A stretch of 64,000 bases of DNA from Candidatus Latescibacterota bacterium (GTDB taxonomy: Bacteria > Latescibacterota > UBA2968 > SICM01): positions 512,001 to 576,000 of the forward strand of contig CBDCJO010000002.1 of the NCBI GenBank assembly GCA_965217865.1. Direction: 5' to 3'. The position numbers and the translations under genes were made by a program. Of this stretch, positions 19,720-28,704 are shown in pieces; the first letter of the stretch is position 1; each line of letters begins with the position of its first letter. Below the pieces are notes generated by a model. That model made no database searches. It had not been told where the DNA came from and saw only the letters and a program-made list of their open reading frames with translations.

Positions 19720-20274
19720 GCCACTGGCCCCATTGTGTCAACCGAGGTAGATTTGTGGGAGAAGATTGATGAAGCCCTTTCAAAAAATGAAGTCCCGGAC
19801 GCTGCGTTCAGACTCAGGAGGGGATCCGAACACTTCTTTGAACAGGTATGCAACAACCTGAGCGCACTTATTCGTTACAGGAGCGACTACAGATGGGATT
19901 TTTCACAATATATTGTGGCCGGGGTTGGAAGACTTAATGAATTGCTGAAGGTTGCGAAGAATGCCGCGCATTCCTGGGGGAACAACGAGTTGTTTCTGCA
20001 GATTCAGGAAAACCAAACCATCATAAGCCAGATTTGCCGCAGGGCGTCTGTAGAACAATGGATAATCAACCCAAATGTTCATTACTCTCCCAATTGGGAA
20101 GACTCCACAGTCGCCGATTTCCGACCCGTTGTGGATGCTTTCCGAGACCTTTATGAAGTATTTATGTGCCAGGATTGCGGACGGATCATACGGCTGGCTT
20201 ACATAGGTCCAGCACCTGCTACGCTAGGATGCGGTTGTGGAAAAGTGAATTATACCCTTGAGAAGAAAAAATAA
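19720..20274 (+). pseudogene. C-terminal fragment of a large protein, probably an SMC/AAA-type ATPase
   Basis: GPIV....DLWEKIDEAL...AAFRLRRGSEHF...WIINPNVHY...C..CG...C.CG; 5' part replaced by IS1380 sequence. Confidence 0.45.
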
Positions 20275-20365
20275 TTAACGCGGAGGATCACCAATTTGAA
20301 AAACAGGCGCTTTATTTCTATTCTAAATTTGGGTTCTTCACGTTTAAGAGTGGATCAATAATAAT

Positions 20366-20465
20366 CTAGTACTTAGTTGCGCAAGTTTATGCGTGCAAAT
20401 CCGCCCTTAACATCCTGTTTTTGCTAGGAAATCATATTACGCGAATTTCCGCAGGTTGGTACTAG
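20366..20465 (+). mobile_element. 100 bp CTAG-bounded MITE, copy 3
   Basis: Matches copy 1; shares its right CTAG with the end of the IS630. Confidence 0.9.
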
Positions 20466-21262
20466 TGTCGTGTCCCGCCAATAACTTCAAATAGTCGGTT
20501 AATCTTTTCGAGGATGGATTCTGCGGTGGCCGTCCACACAAAGGGCTTTGAATTTGAGTTGTAGTGATCGACGAATTTCTTGATGTTATTGATCAAATCT
20601 TTCACGCTACGAAAGGAACCCCGGCGGATTGCCTTTTGTGTAATGATGTTGAACCATATCTCGACTTGGTTTAGCCAGGACGCGTAAGTGGGTGTATAGT
20701 GGACCTGATATCTTGACCGGGCTGCAAGCCATTGTTTGACTTTAGGGTGCTTGTGCGTGCCATAGTTGTCCAAGACCAGGTGAGGATCGAGATCCTCCGG
20801 GACGTTTGCCTCGATGTGTTTTAGGAATTGAAGGAATTCCTGATGACGGTGTCTCGGTTTGCATTGTGTTAACACTTTTCCCGAGGCGATCTCTATAGCA
20901 GCAAACAGCGTCGTGGTCCCGTGCCTGATGTAGTTGTGAGTTATGCCTTCGACGTAACCCAAACCCAGTGGCAGAATCGGTTGCGTTCTATCTAATGCCT
21001 GGACCTGGCTTTTCTCGTCCACACAGAGCACCATAGCGTTGTCTGGTGGGTTGAGGTAGAGTCCGACAACGTCCCTGACCTTCTCTACAAAGAAGGGATC
21101 GTTTGAGAGTTTGAAATGTTTCTGTCGATGAGGTTGAAGTCCAAAGGCTCGTGAGTCCGATATCACTCATCAGCATGATCTTCGCACGGCGCACCAAAGA
21201 ATGGGGTAAGATCCGCGAACCAGATATCGCCTTCAATTCACTTCGGACTTCATCACTAAGGT
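20462..21262 (-). pseudogene. IS630-family transposase with internal deletion and missing left end
   Basis: FKLSNDPFFVEKVRDVVGLY, CVDEKSQVQALDR, YIRHGTTTLFAA, LDNYGTHK, SWLNQVE; N-terminal piece HSLVRRAKIML joined out of register; stop codon is the TAG of the terminal CTAG. Confidence 0.9.
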
Positions 21263-22093
21263 TCAATGCAGCAGAACCGGCACGGTGGCGTTGCCCTCAC
21301 GCAAGATCGCCTGCTTGCTTTCCCACCCCTCGTCCAGCCAGGAAGAATGGAACTTGATGTCGTCAACCACTTCCGGCATTTCGTCGAGAGTATTCTTGAG
21401 ATCGCGTTGGGAGAGAGTTCGACGTTTTTCGGCGAGTTTTTTGACGGAATCGTGGGCTGCTTTGAGGTCCGCGCGGCGGTACGGGCGTCCGTCCATGCCG
21501 TCGTAGTCATAGACCAAGCAATGGGAACCATCTCGATTTTCCAAACGGCGGTTCAACCGTCCCATCCGTTGCATCAGGGCCGGAAACGGCGGGAGGGCGG
21601 TCACCAGCAAGTCCGCGCTGATGTCCAGGGACATTTCGCATACCTGCGTCGTCACCGCCAAACATGGCGATTCGTCCTTTCCAAAGGCCGTCCGTATCTC
21701 GTTTTGACGGTCCACGCGGTGGTGATAGCAAAATCGGCTGTGAAACAGAGTACGTTTCACGTCGTCGCCTAACTTCTCCGCCTCGTCATAAATGCGGACG
21801 GCATCGGCAACGGTGTTGCACACCCACAACACCTTGTCGCCGTTGTCCAGCGCGCTCTTGACAGCTCTCCAGTATTCATCCGGAATCGAAGCGCTCTCTT
21901 TGTTTGTCGTTGCGGACTCCCGCTTATCAATCCATTCCAGGCGATACCGGCCTGCCTTTTCCGCTGCGTCATCGCCAGAAATCAGTTCGTAGTCCACGCC
22001 CGCCGACTTCAACGCTTCGCGACGAGACGGTTGCAACGATGCTGTCATCAGCAGTACGGGGACTTGTGGGAAAGTTCTCAGGAACCGCACCAA
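21263..22093 (-). pseudogene. cas3: CRISPR-associated helicase Cas3, helicase-C fragment
   Basis: [26 protein letters not shown]...DR, VTTQVCEMSLDISADLLVT, LMQRMGRLNRR; truncated at both ends. Confidence 0.88.
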
Positions 22094-22095
22094 AG

Positions 22096-22565
22096 AGCTC
22101 GGTGCTGAAGCCGTTGATCATCTTCCTGAGCCGGATCGTCTTGAGCTTCTGCGTCCCGAGGTTCTTGATCACAGGCAGCAGGAACTCGATACGGTCATCA
22201 TTGGTGGGCAGCCCCTCCTCGTCGAGGAAGTCGCGGAACTGCGCCATGTAGTTGGCATGGATGCCGAAGATGCCGAGTGTCTCGAGGACGCCGATGTGTT
22301 TGGGCCGGTCGACACTAGTTGGAAGATCCGTCTTGCCGCTGCGTTTGAGACTCAGATCGAAGCCTTTGAGCCGGACCCCTTGCCCGAAGAGCTGGATGAT
22401 CTGCGCTCCTTCCTCCTTGCCCACGTTCATCAGGCCCATCGTCGAGACGCGCCAACTGCTCCAGCCCTCGGTGAACTTCTTCGAGCCGATCAGCAGATGC
22501 ACCGTCGAATGCGGCTGGTTGATCTCGTGGAAGAGCGACCCCGAAAACTCGCGCTCGCCCGTGGC
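22096..22565 (-). pseudogene. Type III restriction Res-subunit-like helicase fragment
   Basis: [59 protein letters not shown]. Confidence 0.8.
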
Positions 22566-22584
22566 AAGGCCGTGCTCCCTGCAC

Positions 22585-22750
22585 AAAGCGTGACATCGTA
22601 CCATCCATGTCACGCTTTGAAGGGGGAGATATGTGCGCGTTCGGCTTGGAAACATCGTCCGAGTCGTCCTCCAGGTAGCTATCCCATGCAGAGAAGAACG
22701 CTTCCCACAGGTAGCCCTTTCCCCTTGCCGGCCCATCCAGACCACGCAGA
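22585..22750 (-). pseudogene. Third DUF3631 remnant
   Basis: [26 protein letters not shown]; DNA similar to 2200-2235. Confidence 0.65.
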
Positions 22751-23262
22751 TATTGATATGACCCAGGGAGTCCGAGAGCAATCCGCCGATGGCGGGACCG
22801 CAACGACGTTCCAGCCGAGATCCTCAAGACAGACTCCGTGCGTGCAGGATATGCGACCTTGCCTGGTCCGTGGCATCAACCCGGCTACCCGGAGGTCTCG
22901 TCATCATCATATTTCTTGAAGGTCTTGCGCGAGATCTGGGAGGAGCGTGGTTTCGAAGGCGTGAGCATTTTACTCCAGAAAAGTGAGATGATGGCAAGCC
23001 TCGTCGGCGGACTCATGACAGGAATTTTGACGGGGCGGTGCGAAGCGTCCGAGTTCGTTAAATCGTGCCTTCACGCAACGGATGCCGATAACGAATCCGC
23101 GTACAAGCCCTGCCTCACCGGATTTTTATGGAAGGCCGACTATCTTTTGTCTGAGATCGCCCGAAAAAACGGGGGCAAGGTCGAAGCAAGATCCTGGTTG
23201 CCTGTAGGGTTGAGAAGGGATACATATTTTGGGATATCCCTGACCTCACAGGAGGAGTAAAG

Positions 23263-23598
23263 ATGGAGCAACTGTCCTCAAACAGTGACCCGGTCAAGAA
23301 GCGCAGGAGCTTGTCCCCGGAACAGAAGTATGAGATTTTCCTTGAAGCCAGCTGGGGAGATGTTCCCATTGCACAGGTGCTGCGGAAATGGGGCATTCAT
23401 TCCTCGGATCTAAAGCGTATTCGTGAGTCGGTCAAGTCCGGGGCCCTCAAGGAGTTCAAGGGTCGCCGGAGCCGCAAGCCGATGGTATCGGCTGAGGAGG
23501 TGGAGCAGCTGCGCAAAGAGCGGGCACGCCTGGAGCAAACGATCATTGAGCAATCTGTGGAACTTTCCCTGCTAAAAAAAAGTGTGAATGGGATCTGA
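23263..23598 (+). CDS. IS3-family OrfA
   Basis: Identical to 1735-2070 except one R/W change. Confidence 0.88.
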   Translation: MEQLSSNSDPVKKRRSLSPEQKYEIFLEASWGDVPIAQVLRKWGIHSSDLKRIRESVKSGALKEFKGRRSRKPMVSAEEVEQLRKERARLEQTIIEQSVELSLLKKSVNGI

Positions 23599-23621
23599 CA
23601 GGCCCGATCAAGGGCCACCGG

Positions 23622-24653
23622 GTGCAAGCTGAGGTCAAACGCGAGATCCTCTTAATGGTCCATCGGGCCAAGGAGAAAGGGGTGAAACTCACCCGTTCTT
23701 GCGAGATCCTACAGCTTCCCCTCCAGCGGTATTGTGCCTGGAGCCGGCGAGATCGAGAAGAGAAGCTGGATGGGGTGTCGGACCCGCTTTTGGATGGGAA
23801 GCCCGGGCCCGCCCCTGATGAGGCCCCACACGGATTGCTGAGGGAGGAGAAAGAGCAAATCCCGGCCCTCTTAAGGGATGAGACCTATGCCGATCTGCCT
23901 CCCCATCAGCTGGCGGTGGTAGCCTCAGAGAAGGGGGTAGTGCAGGCCTCGGCCTCCAGCTTCTACCGACAGGCCAGGAAAGAACGTCTGGCACGCAGGA
24001 AACAGGTGAGGACGCCGGTCAAGCAGAGCAAGCCCCAGGTCAAACCTGAAGGTCCTAATCAGGTCTGGAGCTGGGACCTGACCTACATCCCATTTTTCGG
24101 TTTGTTCCTGTATTTTACCGCCATTCTCGACGTGTATTCCAGGAAGATCGTAGGATGGAAGCTCTCCTTCAACGCGACCGTGGAGCAGGTCAAACAGGCC
24201 TGGGATCAAGCCCTTGCCAACGAAGGACTGCTGGACCTGGACACTGGGCCCATAAGCTTGACAGCCCTCTCAGATCACGGATCTCAGATGAAGGCCAAAT
24301 CGATGGCCCAATTCTTCAAGGACCTGGGCATCTCGCAGCTGTTTGCCCGATATCAAACACCCACGGACAACGCCTGGATCGAAGCCTTTTTCCGGACATT
24401 CAAATACGACTGGCTGCGCTTCCAGGACATCTTCACATTCCATCAACTGGAAGGCCTGATTGATTCCTTCATTCACAGCTACAACGCCGAACGCTATCAC
24501 GGGGCAATACAGTATGTCACGCCTCTTCAGAGGCATAAAGGCCAGCATCAAAAGATTCTTCACCACCGACAAGGTCGAAAGGAGGAGGCTCGGCAGCGCC
24601 GCATAGAAATCAATCGGCAAAGAACATCCCAGACCATCCACAAGGCTGCCTGA
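23622..24653 (+). CDS. IS3-family transposase OrfB
   Basis: Identical to 686-1711 apart from an extra LD (6 bp CTGGAC repeat). Confidence 0.93.
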   Translation: MQAEVKREILLMVHRAKEKGVKLTRSCEILQLPLQRYCAWSRRDREEKLDGVSDPLLDGKPGPAPDEAPHGLLREEKEQIPALLRDETYADLPPHQLAVVASEKGVVQASASSFYRQARKERLARRKQVRTPVKQSKPQVKPEGPNQVWSWDLTYIPFFGLFLYFTAILDVYSRKIVGWKLSFNATVEQVKQAWDQALANEGLLDLDTGPISLTALSDHGSQMKAKSMAQFFKDLGISQLFARYQTPTDNAWIEAFFRTFKYDWLRFQDIFTFHQLEGLIDSFIHSYNAERYHGAIQYVTPLQRHKGQHQKILHHRQGRKEEARQRRIEINRQRTSQTIHKAA

Positions 24654-26255
24654 ATCTTGCTTGGACCTTTATCTGCTTTTCTCTTGTTATCTCAGAATAG
24701 ATACACGACCCCGACCTTGTCGCCGCGCTTATCGCTGACACCGAGCGCTCTTGCGAGCCCATCGCCTTGACCACGCTGTTTCTGTGCATGCCGTTCAGGG
24801 CTACGACCTGGCGCCGGCTCGACAACAAACCATCCGACTTTCGGGACACGTACTGGGAAAGGGTGGAACCTCGAACTTGGAGAGGCGAACATGGAAAAGA
24901 AGAAATCAACGAATCCATCCGGAGATTGCTTGCTGTGGACCGTGCCCCGGCCGCTTTTCGTGCGGCCCTCGTAGCGTGGGATCAGGTCGAGACATCGCTG
25001 CTGACACGGCTGCTCCATGCCTTGCCTGCCGCCGATTCGGATGATTTTTTGAATGATCCCATGATCGACGACTATAACATCTCGATGGCGTTCGATGCAC
25101 TCGACAAGCGGCCCGGCGTTACAGTCGAGGAAAAAGCCCGACTCGAGTACGCCCATTTTACGCTACTCGACCGAAGTGAACATGGCATTCCCAATATCGA
25201 GAAACACATCGCCGCGTCGCCCGAACTCTACTCGCTGGCGGTCGCATATGTATTCAAACGCGAGGATCGTGGAAAGGACCTGCCTGAATTAAGGTTTGGC
25301 GATCCCGAGCGGCATTTTGCCATCGCCAGTGCAGTTCATAGGCTTCTCGACCGAATTTGCCGCATCCCTGGCACCGACAGGAAGGGAAACATTAATGCCG
25401 AGGAATTGAAGGCTTGGCTCGGCCAAGTTCGCTCATGGTGTGCACGGCACGACCGCGCCAAAATCGGCGATGTAATGATTGGCCAGTTTTTGGCTCGCGC
25501 CACGGCAGGCGATGACGGTGTCTGGCCGTGCCGGCCAGTTTGCGAAGCACTGGAATGGATGGCCTCCGAGGAAGCCGCCCGCGGCTTCGTGGTCGGCGCG
25601 GGGAATCGTCGAGGCGTCCATTATAGAGACGAAGACGGCGATCAGGAACGCGATCTGGCGGCGCGCTACCGCAGCTGGGCCCATAAGCTTGCCTACGACT
25701 ACCCCTATGTCGCTGCCGTGCTGGAGCGTATCGCCGCCGTGTACGACCAAGAAGCAGGATGGCAAGACACCGAATCGGACGTCAGACAGCGATTGTCATT
25801 TCTGTAGGGCAGCAGACTTGGGGCTGCCGGTCGCCGGATTATCCGCTTGCTTCGGATGGGTGTCGCCCACCACCCCTCACGGGTGCTCCGCCCTTGATCG
25901 CCCGACGCGCTCAACTGAAAGACGGGAGCGGATTCGAGACAATCCTATTGACCGACTGGCTAGACCTTATGTATTGACGGGTATATGAAGGAACCTCCTC
26001 CGATCTCGGTTCTCGGGGGTTATCTTTGGAAAAACGCAGTTCAACCAAAGACCTATCCCCAGCGAGAAGGACGAACTGGAAAGCGCCGAGGCTGTATGGA
26101 ACGATGCCCTCCACGGGCGAAGCGTTGGCCAAGCTGGCCGACCCGTCGGCGTCGTTGCGGTTTTGCTACGAGGCCGGCGGGGGAACAGCATGTCAAACCT
26201 ATTGATTCTTGTGAAGATGTCTCTATTAGAGGTGTTGAGTTACTTTATATAAGTG

Positions 26256-26492
26256 ATGGTCCGCTTTCGTCACAAGGGTCTCCAGCTTCTCTATGAGAAG
26301 GGGGAGCCGCAACTGGCGCGTCGTATTCCGTTTCGAGGGCGTGCGTGTCTGCGACGTGGATTTGAATCGATTACCACCAGGAGGACCCTGATATGGCGAT
26401 GAAGAATCTACCCCATCCGGGCCTGTCCGTCCGTCACGACTGCCTGGAGCCGCTGGGACTCAGCGTGCACGGACGCCGCAAAGAAGCTCGGG
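26256..26492 (+). pseudogene. HigB-HigA toxin-antitoxin remnant
   Basis: MVRFRHKGLQLLYEKG, deletion, NWRVVFRFEG...DVD...DYH, then MAMKNLPHPGLSVRHDCLEPLGLSV. Confidence 0.8.
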
Positions 26493-26496
26493 AGGA

Positions 26497-27552
26497 ATGA
26501 GAATGAGAAAGTCTGTCTACGTGATACTGTCGGTTCTGATCGCCGGGATAGCATCGGCGAGGCCCAAGCCGATCGAGATACCGGAAGGTTACGAGCACGA
26601 CAAGTGGAACACCGCACCTGACGATGCTATTCGTAAATTCGGGGCATTCACGAGTTCGTTCGACACTGACGACGACGACACGGGCGATGGCGTAAAGGAT
26701 CTCTGGGGTATTCCCCAGTGGGTCGCCTACCACATGAAAGCGTTTCGAGGCTCGCCGGATACTGAGAACCGGCCGGCTTGGTTCACCGACAACGGACTAA
26801 AGAACCAGGGTTTCGCCCCAACGGACGATACCTATAAATACTCGAAGGCTTTTCGAAAAGCCCATCCCAACTGGTACGTCCGCGGCCACCTCTGCATGAA
26901 GCTGCACGCTGCAAGGATCAGCCCCGAGGCCGAATGGAACACCTATACGATGCTGAACGCTGTGCCCCAGCGCCAGGAGTTCAATGCCGGTATCTGGCTG
27001 GATCTCGAGCACAAGACGGCAGATTGGGCTGATCTGTACGGCGAAGTTTGGATCATCGCAGGGCCGGTCGTCGGCCTGGATGAGCCGCCTGCTCTTCTGG
27101 GGGAACCGGACAAAGACGAGATGCTCATCGCCATCCCTGACGCGCTGTTCAAGATTGTCGTGCGCAGTTCTTCAGATGATCACCGTCCGGACGTTCTGGC
27201 CTTCATCTACCCACAGCAGGACGATGGTTATGATGACGGCCCTTACGATCACACCAAATACCTGGTCGGCGTTGACGACATCGAGGCTGCGACGGGCCTC
27301 GATTTCTTCACCAGCCTGTCTGGGGCTGACCAGATAGCAATCGAACGAAAGTTGGCCACGGGTCTTTGGGAGAAGATCAACATCAACACGGCAACCGCCA
27401 ACCAGATCGAAACCATCGACGGAATCGGGGGAATCCTGGCCATGAGGATTATCGAAGGCAGGCCATACAAAACTATCGAAGAGTTTCTAAATGTGAGAGG
27501 CATCGGACCGGCAAAACTGAATGCCATCCGGCCGCACGTAACCACAGACTAG
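26497..27552 (+). CDS. Secreted DNA/RNA non-specific endonuclease with a C-terminal ComEA-like HhH domain
   Basis: Signal peptide; PQWVAY, YVRGHL, TYTMLNAVPQRQEFNAGIW..LE, IPDALFKIVV, VDDIEAATGLDFF; KININTAT...IDGIG...RPYKTIEE...VRGIGP. Confidence 0.9.
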   Translation: MRMRKSVYVILSVLIAGIASARPKPIEIPEGYEHDKWNTAPDDAIRKFGAFTSSFDTDDDDTGDGVKDLWGIPQWVAYHMKAFRGSPDTENRPAWFTDNGLKNQGFAPTDDTYKYSKAFRKAHPNWYVRGHLCMKLHAARISPEAEWNTYTMLNAVPQRQEFNAGIWLDLEHKTADWADLYGEVWIIAGPVVGLDEPPALLGEPDKDEMLIAIPDALFKIVVRSSSDDHRPDVLAFIYPQQDDGYDDGPYDHTKYLVGVDDIEAATGLDFFTSLSGADQIAIERKLATGLWEKININTATANQIETIDGIGGILAMRIIEGRPYKTIEEFLNVRGIGPAKLNAIRPHVTTD

Positions 27553-27648
27553 TACCAACCTGCGGAAATTCGCGTAATCTGATTTCCTAGCAAAAACAGG
27601 ATGTTAAGGGCGGATTTGCACGCATAAACTTGCGCAGCTAAGTACTAG
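27549..27648 (-). mobile_element. 100 bp CTAG-bounded MITE, copy 4 (inverted)
   Basis: Reverse complement of copies 1-3 with two substitutions; inserted at the TAG stop of the nuclease gene. Confidence 0.9.
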
Positions 27649-27718
27649 CACTTACTCTCTAAAGAGGGTGCGATCCATGGAGAGCTAATATCGAGTTGGT
27701 GGGCCGGGTGAGTTTCTT

Positions 27719-28010
27719 TCAGAGCACCTCTTTGCGGCCATCACGCATCGCGCCGATGACCACCAACAGGGCTGCTTTCTCCTTCTCCAGCCCCGCTTTG
27801 ACATAGATGCCATCGGCCCAGGCGTAGACAGGCTCCCGATCATCCAGCCTGCGGCTGCGCCAAGTCTGGTGTTCGATTTCCCACCTGGCTGTCAGACGGG
27901 AAATCGACGATGGTGAAAGGGGCGCCTCTTCTCCGAGCAGACCGCGCAAAGCCAACTCAAAGTCTCCCAGGGACAGACCGTGAAGATACAGCTCGGGAAG
28001 CAAGTCCCCG
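27719..28010 (-). pseudogene. IS256-family transposase internal fragment
   Basis: LPELYLHGLSLGDF...LSPSSISRL...YAWADGIY...ALLVVIGA..DGRKEVL. Confidence 0.85.
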
Positions 28011-28029
28011 ACCTGCTTGGTACGCCGGG

Positions 28030-28295
28030 CAAACAGCGGCAGTACCCGGCTTTCAAACGGCGCGGCACCACTTCACCCAGGCCGACCAAGTGAACCAGCT
28101 TGGCGGAAGCCGATCTCGGCTTCATGGCGCGGTTGCTGGCGCTGTACAGCCTGCCCCGCACCAACCCCGGCAACCGGCACCAGTACAAGCGGCAGAACGG
28201 CCCGTACAAGCTGGCCATGGTTGCGGGCACTGATAACAAACTCCCCTTTGGGAACATCTCCCGATTGCTGATGACTTGGCTCTCGACCGAAGCGG
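28030..28295 (+). pseudogene. Plasmid RepA (RepA_C-type) fragment
   Basis: DLGFMARLLALYSLPRTNPG...YKRQNGPY...KLPFGNISRLLMTWLSTEAV. Confidence 0.78.
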
Positions 28296-28680
28296 TGTAT
28301 CGAGCACCGAGCCGTAAACACGCCCTGACGACCTGTGATCGATTCTGCGAACTCTACCAGGTCAGATATCCGAAGGCCTGCGAGTGCCTGACCAAGGGCA
28401 GGGAAGTGCTTTTCATCTGCGCAGCACCAATCCGATTGAATCAACCTTCGCTACGGTGAGACACAGGACCCGTCAAACCAAAGGATGCAGATCGGTTAAT
28501 GCCACGATGGCAATGGTCTATAAGCTGGCTCTCGAAGCTGAGAAATCGTGGCTCGGATTGCGAGGATCAAACCTGATACAGCTGGTCTTGGATGGCGCCC
28601 TGTTCGAAGATGGCGACCTGAAAAGGGCTGCCTGATCCATCGGATACGCTCGCCCTCATCACAACATTTGACAATATCTC
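28296..28680 (+). pseudogene. IS256-family 3' remnant
   Basis: YPKACECLTK, HLRSTNPIESTFATVRHRT...MVYKL..EAEK.W..LRG; end-like ACAACATTTGACAATATCTC. Confidence 0.8.
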
Positions 28681-28704
28681 GCGGGACGGCAGCCGCCGGC
28701 AACG

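Larger units (their letters stand above)
23141..24705 (+). mobile_element. IS3-family insertion sequence, copy 2
   Basis: Same element as 634-2192; flanked by the 4 bp target duplication CGAC. Confidence 0.95.
22920..25807 (+). pseudogene. C-terminal half of a large helical-repeat protein (HigA/XRE- or nuclease-STAND-associated type) split by IS3 copy 2
   Basis: FLWKAD|PDLVAALIAD...LTTLFLCMPF reads through when the IS and one CGAC are removed; C-terminus WPCRPVCEALE...NRRGVHYR...DQERDLAARYRSWA. Confidence 0.7.

Noticed and set aside
19231-20274. 347 aa ORF as one gene
   Set aside because: The first half is the antisense of the IS1380 remnant; only the part after about 19720 looks like a real protein
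18459-20465. Three direct 100 bp repeats as a CRISPR array
   Set aside because: Units are too long, spacing is irregular, the intervening DNA is coding, and a fourth copy is inverted elsewhere; they behave as MITEs
21969-22781. 270 aa ORF as a gene
   Set aside because: Chimeric read-through across DUF3631, type III Res and off-frame cas3 fragments
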